Shown here: piece by piece, positions 28,261 through 41,528 of the stretch
Numbering within the stretch: the stretch's first letter is position 1
Layout: each line of letters opens with the position of its first letter
Assembly: GCA_043228905.1 (NCBI GenBank)
Contig: JBHGNT010000007.1
Span: forward strand, 2,356,001-2,420,000
Reading direction: 5' to 3'
From: Azolla caroliniana
Lineage: Eukaryota > Plantae > Polypodiophyta
DNA: 64,000 nucleotides
The notes under the pieces: generated by a model
The model's input: the letters and a program-made list of their open reading frames with translations, nothing else
Told to the model about the DNA's origin: nothing
Database searches by the model: none
Position numbers and translations under genes: made by a program

Positions 28261-30458
28261 GAAAACTTTCATCTAGTATCTTTTGAAGAAATAGTCGTCA
28301 TGTTTTTTCCCTCAAAGTTCATAAAAATCGTGACTTCATGAACATGACTCGAAGCATTGACAATCATGTTGATTGATCCATATTCTTGAATATTACCTTA
28401 TGTTATACATTGGTTGTTGAATAACAGATCCGAAGAAGAAAGGTTAGCCTCACCAATAGAACCTTGAAAACGTTTCTTTCACATATTATGTATCTCCACT
28501 TAGTATTCCATGTTTCATAATTGAAACCTTGGGCTTCTAGTTCCATTTTGGATCAAGTGGTTTTGCCTCCATCTCTTGTTCAACTTGTTGATAGATTAAA
28601 GTGCAAGGTGGAAGTTGCTTTGGACCCCAAGTTTATGTGTAACAAGTTATACTCTCAGACCGGTTAGGTAATAGGACTAAAGATTGAACGTAAGGGCTTG
28701 ATAAGAATTTTGTTAATGCTCGGCGCTAGTAAAATAATTTCAACATTGGCATCCTTATAAGCCAAGTCTTAGTTGGTAAATTGCGATTCATTAAACTCAT
28801 CCTCGACAAGGGCTATGGTGTCATGGGCATACAAAATGTCATAGGTTATGAGGAACTTGAACTCATGATCATCCCAATGTGCACAATAAATTATAATCAT
28901 TGTGACACACATAATACTTATTACACATGTTCAAAGTAATAGGTTATGTTATAGCTACCATAACATACTATGTGATAGCTTTAGCTTTGATTGTTGGATG
29001 ACAAATATGTATGATAACCAAATGAGAAACATGTATTGTAACGAGGCGGCAAGCATGCATAAAGCTTGGAGTACTATATATTGGGAGATCTCAATATTGT
29101 TTACCCATTCTAGTTCAACACCAATCTTTATCATAGTCTTCTTTTTTTTTCCAAAATAAAACTCCTTCCATTAGTTATAAAATTTTACAAATGAGACGAT
29201 TATGTACAAATCCCTGAAGGGACGCGATAGTTCTATCTTATGTGGATGTTCACTAACTCAAGAAAGGGAGACCTTCACCATAATCTTGTAACTCCTTTTC
29301 TCTTTTTTGCAATAATAAAAACCTACTTCCCCTTAATTTCCTTTCTCAATTTAGTATTATTTTTAGTTTTAAGCCTGGGCAAAACTAGAAAGAGTTGATT
29401 ATTCAAAAGCAAAGATACTATGTGTCACATACCCATGATGTTTATCATAAATTGATTGAAAATAGAGCTTCAGTGTGGTGATGGAGCCACTTATGATGGT
29501 AACATCAAGTGTTGGTCACATGATGCAAATTGTCAAATTCATTCATGCAAAAGTGTGGAGAGGGGTGACGGTAGCCTATGACGTTGCGTTTAAAACATAT
29601 CTACATATTTCCAATAGTACAAGCATTTTTTATAGCGGGTTAAGGAGGATGCAATGCATATAATTTGTGCATGGCATATCCTAAATTTGTTTGGATTGTT
29701 GTGTCACTGATTTGGGCACCATTATCTATGACATTATTGTCTTGCTCTGAGTGGATTTTCCCTCAAAGTTCAAGACTTTACCCTATCCTTCGTGTCTAAC
29801 CATCCTTAATATCAAGGCCTATGGTACAAATCTCGAAATTTTCCGAAAAAGCACCATGATAAGTATACCTTGCAATTGAGCTCTACGAGCATCTTGTACC
29901 CACAAGAGTTACCATGATATCATACGGTTTTCTATGTCCTTGGTAGATTTACCTTTTCTTAAAAACCCTCCCGACTATAGGAGGGACAAGTGTCAACATG
30001 TTTGGATATCGTTGTGTTTGTTGAAATATTAAAGACAAAAAGAACCTTCCCATGTATGATAGTTTCCTTTACAGGGGGTTTATAATGTTCACTTAAAACT
30101 TTAACCATTTTAAGAAGGAAACCTATATAAAAACACATAAAATAAAATGGCAAATTGACAATAGAATAGGTTCTATATATATGTCAATGTTATTCAGACT
30201 TTGTGGAATCAAGTCATGTCAAGATAAGATACATTTATAAGCCACATCAATTACATCTACTCAAGGACTCAACATTAAAGTTTACAAAGGTCAAGTGATT
30301 GAGCCTGAACTGGCAAGTCTTTTCCAGAGAAATACATCCTAAAGCTGACACTTTATGATTAAATTTTGAATCGCTCTTTCTGATTCCATGAAGTTTTTCA
30401 CTAAAAGTTGAACAGATGATTATTTCATTAGAAAGGCAATCTTTGAAGGAATTTTGAA

Positions 30459-32634
30459 CTAGATAAAATTGCCACTAGATGGCGAAATGGGTGATAGTTG
30501 AGATATTTTTCTTAGTACTTGTTTAAAATGAAGACTAGAGGAGCCCCCTTCAGAAATTCCTTGGCGAACAATTTTCTTACATTGCTCAATGTTCTCCCTT
30601 ATCACACTCCTCGATTGCATAAGCAATCTCACCTTCTCATCCACCTCTTGTCTCCCAAGCAAATTCTTCTTAGGTTCATCAAATTTAAGGGCAACATTCC
30701 ATAAATCCGCGCATAGTCTACCATTGATCATTTGGTCGGCAAAGTAAGGCCAACCAAGCATAGGAACACCTGCTGCCATGCTCTCTATGGTGGAATTCCA
30801 TCCATGATGTGTGAGAAAACCTCCAATAGCTCTATGAAAGAGTACTTCCTTTTGAGGAGCCCATGAAACAAAACAAGAATGTTTTCGCATTCGGTCCAAA
30901 TATCCATCTGGAAATCCTATGGGTGTTTTGTCATTCATAAGGTCGGCCCTAACCACCCACAATATAGGTTGTTTGCACAACTCCAATCCTAGTGCCAATT
31001 CCGTGAATTGTTCGATGGTAAGTATTGCGACGCTTCCTAACGAAACATATAGTACCGACTTTTCCGGTTGCGAATCTAGCCATTGAAAGCAACTGTGGTC
31101 TTCAATCCATAGACTAGGTCCTATGTTATGTGATGGAATTTGCCCTTCTCTGTGACCATTAAAACACCAATTCGGTAACACAGGACCGATTGTGAATACA
31201 TCCTTCTGAAAGGTCTCCCGGATGTGTTCCACGTAATCCTTCTCCAATTCATCAGATGTGTTTATGATTATGCATGTGGCATCTTCCAATAATTCACAGC
31301 ATTGAACAAAATATTGGTTAATGGGGTTGTCAGGGTTAGGACATTGCCAGTATTTGGGCAAGTCCATCCATTTGAGTGGTGATAGGTTAGGGACACAATC
31401 TTCTGCAAAAACAAAATAAATATGGAGACAAATAAGAGGGGAAGCTGCTGAATGCAAATTAAAAATCAACCTACGCCTGAGTAAATGCAATGGATTTGAT
31501 TTTTTGGAGATATCATATGGAATATGTTGCTATTGACCTGATTTTGTGCAGGAATTCATATGGATTTGAATATATTTGTCGAGACTTCTATCCAAATCAT
31601 GTCATCAACAAGATGTTGTACCTATTATACATGATGGTAGGACTGATGGCACATAGTATTCCAGAATTTACTCCAAATATTGGTACTCTAATATTGTTTT
31701 CTTCCCCTGAATTACCCTTTATGGTTCTATTAATACATGATTAGGTGTATGCTTGTAAGACCTAAAACTGAGATCGGTAACATCCAAACAATGACCGACT
31801 ATATTATATATGATTTCTTTACAAACATAAGCCCTCGGCCTCTTAAACACAATGGGGATGTTGCCAAACATAGTCATAACCTTCTCCATCATGGCATCAA
31901 TGAATGAACTCAATTCCCATGACTTGGAGAGCCTAGATTAGCATTTACCGTGATGATCTAAAAGGATTGCCGAATCTACATCTATTTCTCCATCATACAA
32001 TCAATGAATCCAACCAGCATCTACCAGCCTTAGCAATAACTTTTTAGATTCAGATTACTATTAATCAATACACAAAACAAGTTATCAGAAAAACCTAGAG
32101 CTATGAAAAAAGTATCTTACCCAGATGTGTCATTTGGTGACCAAGTTTCGGATAAGTGATCATGGATGCAAGGCTACCTGCACATTGTGGCCAAAAGGCG
32201 ATGAGCGGAAGGCTGAATCTTGCAGCAAGAATACGGGCCACAGGAGTGAAGGCATCAGCCAGGATGAAAGTGATGGGGTCATCGGGATCTTGTAGAAGCC
32301 TCTCGATCAATTCTTCGAGGGGATGCAGGAAGGTGGACATAGAGATGATAGTCTCAATGATGCTGTCTCTGCCACTAGTGCTTCCACCCTTGCGTACCGG
32401 GTCCTGGAATGATACCATTCGGAAATGTGGTACATACTGATTTTGAAGGAGAGTGTTGTGGGTGTGGTGATCATTCACAAATGTGATTCGGATGATGCCG
32501 CCATCGCCATCTCCATAGCCGTGGCTCTCACAAATTCTACCAGCAGTAAGCTTGATGCAAAGCTCCGTTAATGGACCTATGTGGCCCTGTGCAGGAAAGG
32601 CCATGACTAATCCATGTGCTAACTTGGTCTTCAT
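30459..32634 (-). CDS. UDP-glycosyltransferase (GT1), copy A; exons 32634-32121 and 31402-30459, ~485 aa
   Basis: N-terminal AFPAQGHIGP (catalytic His), ILADAF (Asp), PSPG box WAPQKEVLFHRAIGGFLTHHGWNSTIESMAAGVPMLGWPYFADQ; phase-1 GT..AG intron (G|GTAAG ... TTTGCAG|AA) joins the two ORFs in frame (514+944 nt). Confidence 0.95.
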
Positions 32635-33164
32635 CTTCTCCCTTTGCCTCTCTCTCTCTCTCTCTCTCTGTTACTCAATCTATGGACTAATGAGAGGTTT
32701 ATCTTGGCCTACAATCTTCTACCTCTCTCCAGATAGGTCTACAGATTAGACATAAGTCTGTGGTGTAATGAGAAGTTTTTCTGGGTCTGCAATCCTCTCC
32801 CTCTTTATATGTAGGTCTACAGATTAGACCTCATTCTATGGCTCTTAACTGCAGGGGACCACCATTGAAATTCTATAAAATGTATACCTTTTCATTCTCG
32901 TCACAATTTGATGGAGAATCATTAAAAAGTGAAAGCCTGTCAATCTAGGGCTTGGACGGCCTGTGAACTCGTTTCGGGAATTCTAGACGATCAGGGCCGT
33001 CCACTATGTTTACATCTAAAGCAAATGAAAATGAAAATGAAAAGAAATGAGAGAAAGGATCCTTTTTGGGGGGGGGGAAATTTGAAATCCATCTGTCTCT
33101 TCCCCGCTCTATGTGTGGTCTTTGTGTTTGTGTTTCTCTCTGTCTCTCTCTTCTGCTATTTCCT

Positions 33165-36100
33165 CTCTGGCGCACTCTGGACACACCCTGACCGCTTAGA
33201 GGGGATATTAAAGGAATCAGATATAGTTTGCCTAGTAGAAACACACCAAAGCCCAAATAGGGGACTCCCACGAGTCGAAGGATTTCGTTGGGAGTCGGCT
33301 TTTAAACAAACCTCACGTCGATGCACTACCAGGGGATCTGGAGGTGTCGCAATATTGTTTCGGAGGGAGCTACATAATAGGATAGAAATACTGAGCATAG
33401 TCCCAGAAGCTCGTTTTATGTGGGTGAAAGTCTCCACAAGCAAGGACAAGGCAGTAATTTTCGCCATTTGTTACTCCCCCTCGAAAGGCTCTTGTTATAA
33501 TCTGGCTGGCGAGGTGAGATTAGTTGATGACGGAGTGCCACATGGGCCTTCCCCATATGAACCTCTATCGGATGACATAATCCGATATTCTTCCCAAGGC
33601 GAAGTATTCCTTGTAGGAGACTTTAATGCGAGAACCCAATCCCAACAATGCACAATATTTCAAATGAATAGAAACCTAGAAATGGTAAATGTCGATCCTT
33701 CAGACATAGACACCACACGTAGATCAAAGGATCAAGGTGCAGACGCCACGAGCTTTGGCCATCATTTGCTCAAACTTGGTAGTCGGCACTAGATGGTCAT
33801 ATATAATGGTTTAGCCAAGTGGCCAGGTTCGGAAGAGCTCACATGTTTCCCACATGGAGGAGGGGAAAGCACATTCGATTATCTAATAGGACGCCCTGAA
33901 GCTACCCACATGATTAACTCCTTCCGAGTGGCCCCATGTCCTATTGGCGCGGACCATAGTTTCTTATACTTCGAGATAAAATGCGATATCTCTAACGTCA
34001 CCAACTCTAGTCAACCACGCCATGACATCACAATACATTTCACACATGAGGTCTCTGTCATATATGCTCGACATGTTCAAGCCCATCTCTCCTCCCTTGA
34101 TCCCTCCCTACCTTTAGAGAGCCTTAGTACGAAACTCACACACATCCTTCATTCTGCAACAGTTAGCAGTTTCCCATACACGAAACACTCCAATCAAGGT
34201 AAAGTAGGATCTATGCCACAAAATAGATGGTATGATGAGGATTGTAGGTGCTTACATCGACAACTTACAATATCGCAACTCAGTGGTATTATTACCTCAG
34301 TACAAGCTCGTAAAGAAATGCGCAAGATGACACGTCGTAAGAGACGAGCATGGGAGGCATCCCAATATTGGGAACTCTACCACATGCTCATGAGTAGCGA
34401 TTGTGCCACTGCATGGAAGAGATTACAGGAACCAAGACCACAAACACCCATCGAAGATCCTGAAACTTGGCACACTTATACAGAGAGACTTTACCACATC
34501 CCAAACCAACCACCCATTCCAATGCCTTCTACACCCCGACCTACTGTGGGGACACTCTTCACAACCTCTAGGGTCACGAAGGTCATAAAGAAATTACAAC
34601 ATAGGAAGTCCATGGACCACACAGGATTGCGAGTAGAACACATCATATACGCGAGAGAGTGCCTAGCTCCCTTGCTAACTCTAATCTTCAATCGTGCCCT
34701 CACAGAGGGTTTTCCATCACAATGGACCATGAACACAGTAGCCCCCATACATAAAGGGGGGGACCCCATGGACCCAAATACTTATAGGACCATTATGATA
34801 GGTCATACCCTTGCTAAATTATATGGTGCAATAATGGAGGCAGAGCTTAGTGAGTATATGGAGACCTTAAATCTTCGTGCACCTGAACAAGCTGGCTTTA
34901 GACGAGCCTTCTCCACTATTGACCATATCTTCACACTTAGATGCTTAATTGACCACACTAAGGCTTGCAAGAAGAAACTATATTGTTGTTTTGTGGACTT
35001 CCGCAAAGCCTTTGACACGGTCCCTAGAGAGCGGTTGTTTCATAGGCTTAAGAGCTTGAGGATACCAGATGACATGGTTTGGGCCATCTACGCACTATAT
35101 GAACAAGTGTCCGGGTGTGTTCGATGCCCAGGCGGCATATCCGATAGTTTCACTAGCACTATTGGTGTAAAACAAGGTTGCCCCTTATCTCCGACTCTTT
35201 TTGGGATCTACATTGATGAGATCACAGATTTTATTGTTCGTAAGGGAGGCAATGGAGTAGTCCTTGGGGATATGCAGGTGCGTATCTTGCTCTATGCAGA
35301 TGACATAGTTTTGCTCTCTGAATCTGAACACGACCTACAAAGGCACCTTAATGCCTTAGATGACTTTTGCACACAACGAGGATTGGTAGTGAATCTAGGG
35401 AAAACTAAAGTCCTTATCTTCCACATGTCGGCCCAAGTTAGAGCTAAGTGTCACCTAACTATCTCCCATAGCCCAGTTGAGGTGGTTGGATCATATGTCT
35501 ATCTCGGAGTCACTTTCAGTGCCCGCTCTTTGACTCATTAGTGACTCCCTCTCTCATGTATGCATCACCGGTTTGGGCCCCAGGACTACCATCTTTCATG
35601 TGGACGCAATTAGAGAGACCATTGGTGATGATGTTATCACGCCAACTCCGAAGCAAATCGTCGGTCCCACATGACATTATTAGGGCTGAGTTCACTCTAC
35701 CCCCTATGTTAGTAGAAGCACTTTTTCAACTGGTAGTCTTTATACACAGGATACATAACCAACCACTTGACAAAATATCCCACCAAGCCTTTAAGGCTTC
35801 TCGAGCACTGTATGAGTCCGGCTATACTAGCTCATGGTATGGCATGATGGTGAGTTGGCTTCTTGCCAACGGTCTAGACATTACTAACCTCCCCCCCCTT
35901 AAGTACGACCACACAATTAATAACACTTTAATCTCTCATGAGGACCGTAATAAAGTAATACGCCAAGAAATATGGCAAATTTATACTCGGTATAAATGGA
36001 TCACCCCACTAGAGCCACTCCCATCTAAAATGTCGTACTATAAGGAACACTTTATGCACTTCTCTGAGTTAGGTTTTATCACGCGCCCAAAATATCTAGA

Positions 36101-37762
36101 TGTATTCTTACCACATGCACTAAGGGTTGCCATTGGTCAACTTAGAACATCATCTCAGCAACTTGAGATTGAGAATGGACGTACTAATGGAGTCCCTAGG
36201 GAGGAAAGGATATGTAGGTTATGCCACATAGAGATAGAGGATGAGTACCATTTTACATGCAAAATGTCGTACTATAAGGAACACTTTATGCACTTCTCTG
36301 AGTTAGGTTTTATCACGCGCCCAAAATATCTAGATGTATTCTTACCACATGCACTAAGGGTTGCCATTGGTCAACTTAGAACATCATCTCACCAACTTGA
36401 GATTGAGAATGGACGTACTAATGGAGTCCCTAGGGAGGAAAGGATATGTAGGTTATGCCACATAGAGATAGAGGATGAGTACCATTTTACATGCAAAATG
36501 TCGTACTATAAGGAACACTTTATGCACTTCTCTGAGTTAGGTTTTATCACGCGCCCAAAATATCTAGATGTATTCTTACCACATGCACTAAAGGTTGCCA
36601 TTGGTCAACTTAGAATATCATCTCACCAACTTGAGATTGAGAATGGACGTACTAATGGAGTCCCTAGGGAGGAAAGGATATGTAGGTTATGCCACATAGA
36701 GATAGAGGATGAGTACCATTTTACATGCAAATGCCCTACCTATGCCGAGATAAGGGCAAAATACCAAGACATACTTGGTTCCTCTCCCACCCTCCCGAAA
36801 CTATTAGATACACTAGATATAAAGAAATTAGGTAGATACATCTTAGAATTGAAACAACACAGAGAGAATAAATTACAAAACGTTGATAATAATGTTGCTA
36901 ATGTTTACCAACATATAACAAATGAAGTTTTTCAGGAACAAGGGGAGACAATGAATGTCGACACACCTGCACCACTCGGACTTCTCCTTGATGAAGCAAA
37001 AAATCAAAGAAGAACCAAACGCCCTCGGATGCCGGGTTTCAAAGCAACTCGACAAGATGTAGAAGCAATAAAGAAAATAAGGGAACGTGAACTACACCGC
37101 CTAGAAGCCATGGCTAGGGCACTCTATGTATCGGGACCATGGGTCACACCCACACCAAAAACTTTTGACCTCCCACTTCTTTTTGAGAGACTTGGGTGGA
37201 AATGAGATTAGGCTTAGTGCAAAGTTTTGTATACTACTAGAACTTTCATAGCTTAAGCTATTTTCTTTTATTTTTTTTTATTTTTATTTTTTCCAAAAAA
37301 AAACACTACTTCCCATTAGTTAGCAAAAGAATTACATCGAAGAACAGCCATAATCAAAACAACATAATCCTCACCTAACTATTTACAACAAGAGTAACCC
37401 ACTGCCTCTTTTCACATAGTGACCACCATGGTGACCACATATTCACAACGAAGCCAATGGCGGAAACAACCATCTTGGTGCTTGGTAATTCCATTTAGGA
37501 CCAGACGCTGAATTAACCATCATAGGAGAGCGACCCCATTTCAGCAAAAACTTTGAGCGAGCCCTGTCTGCTGCATCCGAGTTCCCTTCAATTGAGTTGT
37601 ACTGTCCGCGCAGCCAAGATACCAGCTCGAACCAAATGTTTAGTATTTTCTTTTATTTTAGTTTTGATGATTGGATAAACACTCATTTTTGTTGTAACCT
37701 ATTTGTCTCATGGGCCAAATTTGGCCTTAGAAGACATTAATATATCTTTCTTTCTTTCTTTC
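33165..37762 (+). mobile_element. RTEX-like (RTE group) LINE: APE-RT-Zn finger ORF with a stop, an internal deletion and a 3x234-bp duplication; (TCTT)n tail
   Basis: APE: CLVETH, GSGGVA, GDFNART, ADH. RT: EQAGFR, FVDFRKAFD, GVKQGCPLSP, LLYADD, YVYLG. C-terminus LRTSSHQLEIENGR..ERICRLC..EDEYHF..CPTY..IR. 3' hairpin plus short-repeat tail; 5' end approximate. Confidence 0.9.
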
Positions 37763-38254
37763 TCTCTCGTGTTTAGGGTTTGGGGTTTGAAGACGTTAAT
37801 AATATCTTTCTTTCTCGTGTTTAGGGTTTAGGGTTTTACCTTGGCGTCGGCGACTCCCTCCAACTCCTCCTCAACCAAAACTAAGGATCTCAGCTTGATT
37901 TCTCAATCATTCTCTGTTCATTTTTCATTGTAACTAACTTCTATCAATGGTGCACATCCTCATCCACACTTTAATCATTCCTATTGATATAAGCAGGCCT
38001 CAATGGAGCAACATAAATCCATGATGCATATTATTCTCACGGTGAATGTAGTTGGATTGGTGATGATGATTGGATTGGTATTGGTTATGATTGGATCTGT
38101 GTCTGTTGCTATGCTGAGAGATTAAGTCTCCATAATGCATCCTAAGACCAAGAAGTTTGAGTATTCCAAATTAAGGATATAAGCAGTATTCTAGTATCAT
38201 TGTTGAAAACATGTATAACAGAAATAAGATCTCTATCTCATCATAAGATATGTA

Positions 38255-38735
38255 TAATCACTCATGCTACAGATTGTCTATGGTAAAACCAGTGCAGCAA
38301 ACTCACAAAATTGGATGGCTCTATGGGGCTTTATTGCATCACTCCATCATACTTGATAGAGAGCATTCCATTACATGCATAACTTTTGGATTTTAACGAA
38401 GATTTATTTTCATTCATAATAATGCTCATCAGCCATTCTTTCATTGTAATCTCATCAATAACAAAAACTTATGTAATCTCTCATCAATGGAGCCTTAATC
38501 ACTCATACTACAGATTTTCTATGGTAAAACCAGTGCAGCAAACTCACAAAATTGGATGGCTATATGGGGCTTTATTTCATCACTCTATCATACTTGATAG
38601 AGAGCATTCCATTACATGCATAACTTTTGGAGTTCAGGAAGATTTATTTTCATTCATGATGATGCTCATAAGTCATTCTTCCATTGTAATCTCATCAATA
38701 ACAAAAACTTATGTAATCTCTCATCAATGGAGCTC
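38255..38735. repeat. 241-bp tandem duplication
   Basis: TAATCACTCAT..ATGGTAAAACCAGTGCAGC at 38255 and 38496. Confidence 0.9.
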
Positions 38736-41528
38736 TTTTGATTTACTATGATTGGATCAAAACACAATCCACGTTCATAGATGCCAATTATAATCATATA
38801 TGTCAAACCTTGGAGGTCAAATAAACACTCAATTCTCGCCTGGATATATATGCATGTCATTTGGCAATTTTGCCATTCTCAAGGAAAAAATCTTGCTTAT
38901 ATCCAATTTTCTTGCTTTCCAAAGCATGACTTGGTAGTCCAGTTTCCAACAGAATACATACATCACAAAAAAGAATCTCATTACTCTTAAAAAAGGTTAT
39001 GTTTTTTAATGTCTTGTTCGATTAAGACACTCAATTTGTAGGTGTCATTTCGAATCCCAGACATGAAAACATCTGAAGCTTAAAGTCTACTCACATGGAA
39101 AAGCAGCCTCAGAATATATACATCATTCACATACTTTGTAACAATTATACGAAACTCGAATACAACAAAACATGAACAACATACCTAAGTCTTGATACAG
39201 TCTGAGAATCATAACCTCAGAAACATGCAACTTTATCATCATCAATCGCACAACGAATTAACATATTTGTTGGGGAAGGAAAATTAATCTCCAAAAACAA
39301 TTGTGACGATGATTACGATTTGAACATGAAAAAATTAACATAGTTCGGCCATCAACACTCAGGAAGAAATCTTCGCAGGCTGCATTCTTACTGATGATTC
39401 AACTTCCCATGGTGATGATTCCTCACCAAGCCTTTCATGGTGATCCACCATTGCATCATCATCACCTTCCCTATCCCTACCTTTCTTGAATCACATACCA
39501 ATGCTCTTTCCATAGCTTGTGACACGTACTTGTAAGATGCTGACATACTCTCACATCCTGATATACCTGTGAAGCTCTGGTCATCTTGCAGATTAGCAGT
39601 GATACATACAATACATACATACAATAATGGTTTCAATTCATCATTTGCCCAATCAATTTCCTTCCAATCTTCATTTGCGTTTGGTTCAATCATCATTACT
39701 TCAGACTTCAATCCCTAGTTCTAACCCCAGCTTCAATCAATTACATTACTCACTTTAGGTTTGTGGTTTTAATGCAACTTGTGACTTTTGAATTATTGGT
39801 TGCAGAAGCACCACGATGCACAATTTTTAGTTATCCGAGTATCGAACAAACATGAATCAATCATGTATGAATCTACGAAACATGATAGAGTACGCATGAT
39901 TTTTTCCTAATATTTCTATCCCCGAGAATATCAGTGTTCAACTTTATGTGTGGTCGCAAGATGAATCAATGAGGGCAATGCTTTTCTTCATAGGCTTGAA
40001 TTGTAAGAATGTTAATCTCGAATGTAACTGCAACATAAGCAATTCTTGCATTTGGTTGGAACAATTTAAAAACTTATCCAAGAAATTAACTCTCAATTTC
40101 TAGGATTGATAACTTGTGATAGGTTGGCCATGATATGATAGCTTATGGATTTGGATACAAATTCATGCCAATGCAAAATATGGTTTACAACAAGGTCATT
40201 GTACCATTAATTCTAGAGAGTAACATTAATATAAGTTTCGGGATACATATATGTTCAAGAAAAGCACACATCTACTACATATTTATACCTGGCATGTATA
40301 CAGAATAAGAAACCCTAAAATATTGATTAAAGCATTTATCACAAAAGAACATGAACCTTGCTTACAAACATAAGCTGAAAGCATTTGATTTGCCAACCAT
40401 TAAGGTGAATAAGGGCAAGATCGAGCCATGAAATGTTGCACACACATTTGCTCAAGGTTTTCTAAATGGTGTTTCAAGATGATGTTGAGGTGAACATAAA
40501 GAGCGACCACTTTGAAGGTGGTGATTATGTTGATGAACATGTCAAGAGCGGGATTTTTGTAAACTATGGGAGGGAGTGTTGTAAGTTCCATGATAATACA
40601 ACCCTTGCTATCTCCACTACTTCTTTAGTAGCGATATATGGCGCATTAACGTAAACCATCTCAAGTGTTGTAATACTAGATGACATAAATATACCTCATC
40701 TTGGGATAACATCCACAAACAACATGGTCCCGAAAAATTGCCAAACCATCTTTCTTTTAAGCCTAGAGAGTTGTTGCAATACCCCACAAAGTCCAACAAA
40801 TAAGTACCCATTTCTCATGGTCTAGTTAAACCACATACCTCTCTCTCTCTCTCCAGCCCCATCATATTGTGCAACCCTAGGAGACACCTTTGATGTTTCA
40901 ATTGGTTTGCATACATATAGTAATGGCTTCAATTCATCATATGTCCATTCAATTTCCTTTCAATCTTCATTTCACTTTGGCTCAAACATCTTTGTCTTTA
41001 TTTCAGACTTAAATGGCTAGTTCTAACTCCTTAATCGCTTCAATAATTGCATTACTCACTTCATTTTGTGGTTTTAATGCAACTTCTCACCTTTGAATTG
41101 TTGGTTGCACATGCACCAGCATGCACAATTAAGTGAATAGGGGAAAGAGTGAGCCATGAAATGTTGTAGGTACATCTACTCAAGGTTTTCTAAAATGGTG
41201 TTCCGAGATGGTGTTGAGGTGAAGATAAGGAGTGACCGCTTTGAAGGTGGTGATTCTGTTGATGAACATGTCTGAAACCACGATTTTTCGTGAACTACGG
41301 GTGGAAGTGGTGTAACTTCCATGATAATACTACCCTTGTTATCTCCACTACCTCATTGGTGGCGATATACGGCATATTATCGTAAACCATCTCAAGTGTT
41401 GTAATACTAAATGTTATAAATCTACATCATCTTGGGACAACATCCACATATAACATGGTTGTGAAAAATTGCCATACCATTTGTCTTTTAAGACTATGGA
41501 GTTGTTGCGATACCCCCAACAAACTCCA

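Larger units (their letters stand above)
27535..32885. repeat. Segmental duplication, A block; paralogous to 42290-50070 (B block)
   Basis: Collinear matches from TTACACTT..CCATTATGATAGACCAAATAG through the UGT gene to GGCTCTTAACTGCAGGGG. Confidence 0.9.

Noticed and set aside
31490-31913. Short ORFs conserved in the introns of UGT-A and UGT-B
   Set aside because: Conservation is explained by duplication or conversion; at most a weak resemblance to decayed RT.
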